Source: an uncultured Gammaproteobacteria bacterium (lineage in GTDB: Bacteria > Patescibacteriota > Patescibacteriia > S139-126). From it: 64,000 nt of DNA. Position 1 is the stretch's first letter. Each line of letters opens with the position of its first letter. The notes under the pieces were generated by a model, which did no database searches, had not been told where the DNA came from, and worked only from the letters and a program-made list of their open reading frames with translations. Position numbers and translations under genes: made by a program. Location of the stretch: assembly GCA_964620905.1 (NCBI GenBank), contig CAZUKA010000001.1, positions 583,646 to 647,645 of the forward strand, in the 5' to 3' direction. This document shows positions 58,755 to 64,000 of this stretch, piece after piece.

Positions 58755-60584
58755 ATGAATAAATTTAGCCAAACTTTAGAAAAAAAATACACACTCCTTA
58801 TCGGCTTAATCGCTTATATACTAATCCTCACTGCTGTTTGCTGGTATAAATATTTTGTATTTGGTTACAATGCCTTGGATTTGGCAATCTACAATAATGT
58901 TTTTTTCAATGCCATAAATAACAATGGCTGGTGGTCAAGTATTCAAGGGCATCACTATTTTGCTGATCACTTTGAACCCTGGCTGTATTTTTTTCTGCCA
59001 CTGTATTGGCTGTGGCCATCACCACTCAATTTACTGCTTTGGCAAAGCACTATCTTAGCTTGTATCTCAATACCGATATACCTAATTGCCAAACATATTT
59101 TCAATCAAAAATTGGCTATTGCTGTGGCCTTAGTCTGGCTAATAAATCCTTTGGCTTGGAATATAAATTTGCATGAATGGCACTTGTTGCCACTGGCAAT
59201 TCCTTTATTGCTTGGCGCATATTATTTTTATTTGCAAAATCAATTTAAATACTATTTAATCTTTTTGGCTTTGGCGCTGCTAGTTAGAGAGGACGTGGCT
59301 ATTGCTGTGGGCGGATTTTTTTTGCTGGGACTAATAGAAAAAAAATCTTTACGTTGGTGGCTGACACCACTACTTTTGAGTACAACATATTTTTTACTTA
59401 GCAATATTATAATAGGTTATTTCCAGGCTGGCGGTTCACGTTTTAGTGTATATTATGAATGGTTGCTGTCGGCAAAAGTTACTGATCTTATCTGGCATAT
59501 TTACTCCTTTGGTAATGTGGAAATGATTCTGGGACTGCTTATTGCTTTTTTGTTTTTACCACTGCTGGCTAGCAGATATCTGTTTTTGGCTGTGGGGGTA
59601 TTTTTACAGTTTGTTTTGGGTGAACCAGGTGGTAGTAATATTATCATTGATACACACTATTCGTCTTTATTTTTGCCAGCACTAATCATTAGTTCTTTAT
59701 GGGGTTTGAAAAATATCCAAAGTAAAAATAGTACTTTATCTAAGTGGTTGTATTTTGATACCAGTTTAACCAAGCTGATAACTGGGGTATGTCTTGTCTA
59801 TTTACTACTTTTTTTGGGTCCAGGTTGGGGAATTATAAAAAACATTTATCAGCCAAGCAATGATCATTGGCCCAATCGTTTACTCCATGATATTCCTCCC
59901 GGTGCTACTGTTGCGGCTGGTTATAAATATTTACCAAAACTTGCTGGTCGAGAAAAATTATATTCTTTGCATTATATTTTTACTGGCCACCAACAATTTT
60001 CCTCCGAAGTTTATAAATATGAACAGCCTGATTTTATAGTCATGGATCCTGATGATATGATTTATTATGCTTTACAATTTCCCAAATCAAAATCTTATCA
60101 TCAGTACTACCCCGAGGGCTATGACAATCTAAAAAAACTATTAGCAAACTACGAACTAAAATATTTTCACCCACAACTGCTATTTTGGCAAAAAAACCAA
60201 ACTCCAACCACTCTGGAATATGTCGCCACTTTTTCACCAATTAACCGTGAACCGCAAGAGTTGGATAAATTTATTTTGACTAGCGAAATAAAAAATGATT
60301 TGCTAGCCATCAGCTGGCAAATCAATTCAACAACTTCGGATGATTATTTTTTGCTAGCAAATTATGAAGATAATAGTTCGTATCTGCGGCCACTTTTATA
60401 TTTTACTCCCACTCAAGTCTGGCAAACGGAAAATTTCTATCAGACTTACCTGCCATTACTCCCAGGGCAAAATAGCAGTCTCCAAATCGTCACACTTCAA
60501 GGTCATATTGAAATCAACAACTGGCGCGGCACCAAGGCCAATATCACTATCCAACCGCAAAGTGACTTGATAAATTTGCCCTAA
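58755..60584 (+). CDS. DUF2079 family GT-C-like membrane protein
   Basis: DLAIY, DHFEP, LLLWQ, HEWH, VREDV. Confidence 0.8.
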   Translation: MNKFSQTLEKKYTLLIGLIAYILILTAVCWYKYFVFGYNALDLAIYNNVFFNAINNNGWWSSIQGHHYFADHFEPWLYFFLPLYWLWPSPLNLLLWQSTILACISIPIYLIAKHIFNQKLAIAVALVWLINPLAWNINLHEWHLLPLAIPLLLGAYYFYLQNQFKYYLIFLALALLVREDVAIAVGGFFLLGLIEKKSLRWWLTPLLLSTTYFLLSNIIIGYFQAGGSRFSVYYEWLLSAKVTDLIWHIYSFGNVEMILGLLIAFLFLPLLASRYLFLAVGVFLQFVLGEPGGSNIIIDTHYSSLFLPALIISSLWGLKNIQSKNSTLSKWLYFDTSLTKLITGVCLVYLLLFLGPGWGIIKNIYQPSNDHWPNRLLHDIPPGATVAAGYKYLPKLAGREKLYSLHYIFTGHQQFSSEVYKYEQPDFIVMDPDDMIYYALQFPKSKSYHQYYPEGYDNLKKLLANYELKYFHPQLLFWQKNQTPTTLEYVATFSPINREPQELDKFILTSEIKNDLLAISWQINSTTSDDYFLLANYEDNSSYLRPLLYFTPTQVWQTENFYQTYLPLLPGQNSSLQIVTLQGHIEINNWRGTKANITIQPQSDLINLP

Positions 60585-62254
60585 GGCAAAACTTCATAAA
60601 TTGTTGCCTGGCCACTGACAAAAACCGGACGGAGATAATTTTTTTCTTGAGGAAGATATTTACCTAAAATTGACTCGTAAGGCGAATAAATTACATAATC
60701 AATCCCAGCTTTTTTTAGAAAAGCATGTTTGCTTTCGTCTAAATTTTTATCATTGGCAGCGTAAAACCAATTGACTAGACTAATTTTTGCATAATAAAAA
60801 AGAGTCTCATGGGCATGAGCAGCATAAACCAGTTGACCAGAGTAACTCGGTGTAAATTTGGAAGGAATATCAGCTGCCAAAACAATGCTGGCTGGTGATT
60901 TTTGTGCCAACCATTTATATCCATTTACCAAACCCTGATCTAAATAAAATATTTGGTTGGTAGCTGGTGGCCGAACAATATAATAATACATATCCCTCAC
61001 CAAATGAAAAATATTTGACATTGTAAACAACAAAACAAACAAAATCCCAAACAGAAAATTATTGGTTACAAGTGATTTCAAAAAAACTCTAGTTGATAAT
61101 TTCTGATATAACAATACTAGAGCATCAACAGTAAAAAAGACTAAAACAAAATGCAAACCTTGGGTATACCGACTACTAAATGGTGTGGGTAAAATCATTA
61201 GAGATAAAATCAACAATAACCACAAAAACATATAAATATAAATTTCTTTCATCTGTTTTTTATAAAACCGATAACCCAAGCTGTAAAGTGACCCTAGACA
61301 CAAAAAACCATAACCCAACAAAACATAAGGCCAAGGCGCTAACGGTGTAACATTTTGCAAAGCTCGTTGATAAATAACCAAATCAGCTCCAATCAACCAA
61401 ATGTGATAAATGGCCATCGGTAAAGAAAGACCAAAAAAAAGTATGAGCCAACCAACACGTCGCCAAGAAATTTTTTGCTGTTTAAAAGTCAAATAAAAAA
61501 AATAAATAATTGCCAAGCCATAAATCACTGGCAAATAATAAGGGTGAAAATTAAAATAAACCAAACTCAATAAACCAGCCAACCAAGCATAGCCCCAACG
61601 CAAAGAGTTTAACCCCAAATAAATAAACAAAGTGGTGCCAAGCATCATTAGTAAAGAAAGAATAAAGTGAGACGAGTGATAAAGTGCTGTAAAAGTGATA
61701 GCTTCGGTTATCCATAAATCAATCGGCCAACTTAGTTCCCCTCGCTGGGGGAATAATTCTAAAATTGGCGCCAAATAAGCACCAACACCGGAAGAAAAAA
61801 GTAAAAAAATTAAAGCCCAGCGCCGTTGCCGATAACTGGAAAACAAATAGCTAATAAACACATAGGCTACACCTACAAAAATCGGAATGAGAAACAAGCG
61901 GCCAATTTGGAAAATAAAAATCCAAGAAACTTTGAGCCAATGTGCCCCTAATCCCATGATTGTCCACCAAATATTGAAAACACCATACACCTGGCTTTCA
62001 GTTGTAAATAAATTTTTCAACCAAATATTTCCTGTCATTACTTGCCGGATGTAGGAATAATAAATCGGCACATCACCAGGGCTTAAAGCATGTAACCCAT
62101 TGTAAAGAGTTCCTGGTGGCGTCAACAAATAACCCAAAAAATAAGGAAAGCCAGTCAAACAAATCATAGCGAAACTAATCCACCAAACAAATTTCCATTC
62201 CTTAAAATTTATAGAAGTTTTAACTGTAAATTTGTCATCGCTTGTCATAAGCAA
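60581..62254 (-). CDS. GT-C-like polytopic membrane glycosyltransferase
   Basis: GDVPIYYSYIRQ..NLFTTE loop, FHPY, HAHET; paralog of 62235..63890. Confidence 0.7.
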   Translation of the reverse strand: MLMTSDDKFTVKTSINFKEWKFVWWISFAMICLTGFPYFLGYLLTPPGTLYNGLHALSPGDVPIYYSYIRQVMTGNIWLKNLFTTESQVYGVFNIWWTIMGLGAHWLKVSWIFIFQIGRLFLIPIFVGVAYVFISYLFSSYRQRRWALIFLLFSSGVGAYLAPILELFPQRGELSWPIDLWITEAITFTALYHSSHFILSLLMMLGTTLFIYLGLNSLRWGYAWLAGLLSLVYFNFHPYYLPVIYGLAIIYFFYLTFKQQKISWRRVGWLILFFGLSLPMAIYHIWLIGADLVIYQRALQNVTPLAPWPYVLLGYGFLCLGSLYSLGYRFYKKQMKEIYIYMFLWLLLILSLMILPTPFSSRYTQGLHFVLVFFTVDALVLLYQKLSTRVFLKSLVTNNFLFGILFVLLFTMSNIFHLVRDMYYYIVRPPATNQIFYLDQGLVNGYKWLAQKSPASIVLAADIPSKFTPSYSGQLVYAAHAHETLFYYAKISLVNWFYAANDKNLDESKHAFLKKAGIDYVIYSPYESILGKYLPQEKNYLRPVFVSGQATIYEVLP

Positions 62255-63890
62255 GATTTACCTGATAGATAACATAATCACCGCTGATAAAAACTGGTTG
62301 TAAATATTCTTTCGTTTGAGGTTGAAATATATTCATCTCAGGTGTTTGTTCATAAAAGATAATATAGTTGATACCAGTTTGTTGCAAAAATTCTTGTTTT
62401 TTTTCATCATGTAAATTGTTTTGAAAAAACCATTTCATTTCCATATATTTACTATGTACATACACAGTTTCAACCAGATGCCCAATATACTGACGTCGAC
62501 TGATCAAAGCTGGGGCGGTGCGAAAAAACAAATCATAGTTGGTAAAAATTATTTCATCAGCACGAGTATTTTTTTCCAACCAAGCGGCGATTTGTTTAAA
62601 TTCTTGGGGATAATAAAAAAAATAATTACTTTGGTATTTGATATAGAAATAATTCAATCCTAGAAAATTGAGATTGCTAATAAACAAAATTAGAGCCAGG
62701 GGCAACCAAACAAACCAACGCTTGATTGACCAATCTTTTATTTGGTTTTTTGCTAGATTATCAAGTTGAGCAATAAAAAAACCAACCATAATAGCCAAAG
62801 GAAACCACCAACCTTCGGCCAAGCGTCTTTGCCACAAAAAAGGCAAATAGATAAGGATGGTATTTAGTAGCGCCCAAATAACCAAAAAATTAAAATTAGG
62901 CAAATAATGATTTTTTCTTTTTGACCAAAAAAAACTTAAAATTGCTAATATAACTGCTGTACCAAAACTTAAAAAAGTAATAAACGGCTTAGGTGAAGGC
63001 AAAAAATTTTGATTGGTCTTAATACTAGTCACCCAATCTGCCTGATACAAATAAAAATAATAGCCAATACTTGGTAAAGTTGCCAAAAATATCAGGGCCA
63101 ACTGCCAGGTGCCTGACCAAAAAAAAGTTTTCTTTTGATAAGTCATAAACAACCAATAAGCTCCCAAAACAAACAAAATGGTCGGGGCGTGGAAAGGATG
63201 CAATAGTATCAGAATCGCTCCTACTATTGCCGCCGTTAAAGTATAAACATAGTTATTATGACGCAGTGCTAAAAAACCAAACACTAGGGTAATAAGCAGT
63301 AATAACCAAGATAAAATAAAATGCGGAGAGATCACCATGCTAGTAAAAGGAAAAGCATCGGGAATAAAAACATCAAAGGGAACATTGTGCCAGGCATTGT
63401 CAAACCAAAAAAAGGGTTTAGCTAAAACATATAGCCACCCTAAACCAGCTCCTAAACTAAAAATCAACAGCGAAATCAACCGATCTTTTTTTTCTCGTAA
63501 AAAATAACTGATCAACCAATAAACAAAAAAAATAAAAATTGGTATCAATACTGTCCGAGCTAGATGAAAAATTGTCTGTGGGATTAATGAAAATATTTTG
63601 GCAATTTTCCCTAGTCCTGTCCAAAAGGGATGCAAAACAGCTAAGGTACTTTCGCTAGTATAAAAATTTTTCACTAACCAACCATCTTCTATCCCCTGCC
63701 TGATATAAGAATAATAAACTGTGTTATCGCCAGGATTGATAAAAGTGGAAGCATTATAAACAAATCCCCTCGGAACATGTTGGGATAAATAATAATAAGG
63801 CCACCAGGTCAAAATTATTAGTATCAAAGAGATTATAGCCAACGACAACCACTCGCCTTTAGTCCAATTTTTTAATATTTCCCGTAACAT
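62235..63890 (-). CDS. GT-C-like polytopic membrane glycosyltransferase
   Basis: GDNTVYYSYIRQ..NFYTSE loop, LHPF, GHLVET. Confidence 0.7.
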   Translation of the reverse strand: MLREILKNWTKGEWLSLAIISLILIILTWWPYYYLSQHVPRGFVYNASTFINPGDNTVYYSYIRQGIEDGWLVKNFYTSESTLAVLHPFWTGLGKIAKIFSLIPQTIFHLARTVLIPIFIFFVYWLISYFLREKKDRLISLLIFSLGAGLGWLYVLAKPFFWFDNAWHNVPFDVFIPDAFPFTSMVISPHFILSWLLLLITLVFGFLALRHNNYVYTLTAAIVGAILILLHPFHAPTILFVLGAYWLFMTYQKKTFFWSGTWQLALIFLATLPSIGYYFYLYQADWVTSIKTNQNFLPSPKPFITFLSFGTAVILAILSFFWSKRKNHYLPNFNFLVIWALLNTILIYLPFLWQRRLAEGWWFPLAIMVGFFIAQLDNLAKNQIKDWSIKRWFVWLPLALILFISNLNFLGLNYFYIKYQSNYFFYYPQEFKQIAAWLEKNTRADEIIFTNYDLFFRTAPALISRRQYIGHLVETVYVHSKYMEMKWFFQNNLHDEKKQEFLQQTGINYIIFYEQTPEMNIFQPQTKEYLQPVFISGDYVIYQVNLAYDKR

Positions 63891-64000
63891 TTTTCCATTT
63901 TAACTTAAACATAACCATAAAAAAATCCCAAATATCTTTTTTGGACAATTTTGACTTACCTTGCTGACGGTCATGGAAAACAACCGGCACCTCGGCTACT
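63859..64000 (-). CDS. GT2 polyprenol-phosphate sugar synthase-like protein, C-terminal fragment
   Basis: Manual translation: VAEVPVVFHDRQQGKSKLSKKDIWDF...KLD* (EVP..F.DR..G.SK motif). Confidence 0.75.
   Translation of the reverse strand, partial: VAEVPVVFHDRQQGKSKLSKKDIWDFFMVMFKLKWKNVTGNIKKLD

Noticed and set aside
1-64000. Alternative genetic code 25
   Set aside because: Conserved genes are full length under code 11 and several ORFs end cleanly at TGA

Overview
AT-rich bacterial chromosome segment that looks like Patescibacteria/CPR (Parcubacteria-like; inferred from the tandem VirB2-like pilins, orphan solute-binding protein and gene content; TGA is used as a stop, so not code 25). 1-27 kb is core genome: ruvA, uvrB, folD, a nucleotidyltransferase-TruB fusion, rpsT, holA, five tRNAs, lhgO, polA, gyrA, rpsA, wzx and an O-antigen ligase. 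27-51.7 kb is an accessory region, all minus strand, lying 3' of tRNA-Ser(CGA). It holds an ECF sigma module, candidate small RNAs, an HTH-ATPase/STAS pair and a defence island (DUF3800, NERD, PLD-helicase/CxC ABC-ATPase operon, Cas4-like nuclease, type II R-M, Fic), plus secreted proteins. 52-64 kb is a surface locus: galU, a solute-binding protein, six pilins and GT-C/GT2 glycosyltransferases. Two top leads: (1) a complete SAM-I riboswitch (promoter, aptamer, antiterminator/terminator) upstream of nuclease-like genes rather than Met/SAM genes, near an R-M system, a possible SAM-depletion-triggered defence; (2) a secreted 409-aa protein built as a patchwork of short T6SS Hcp- and VgrG-like motifs. 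All calls are by eye; no searches were run.
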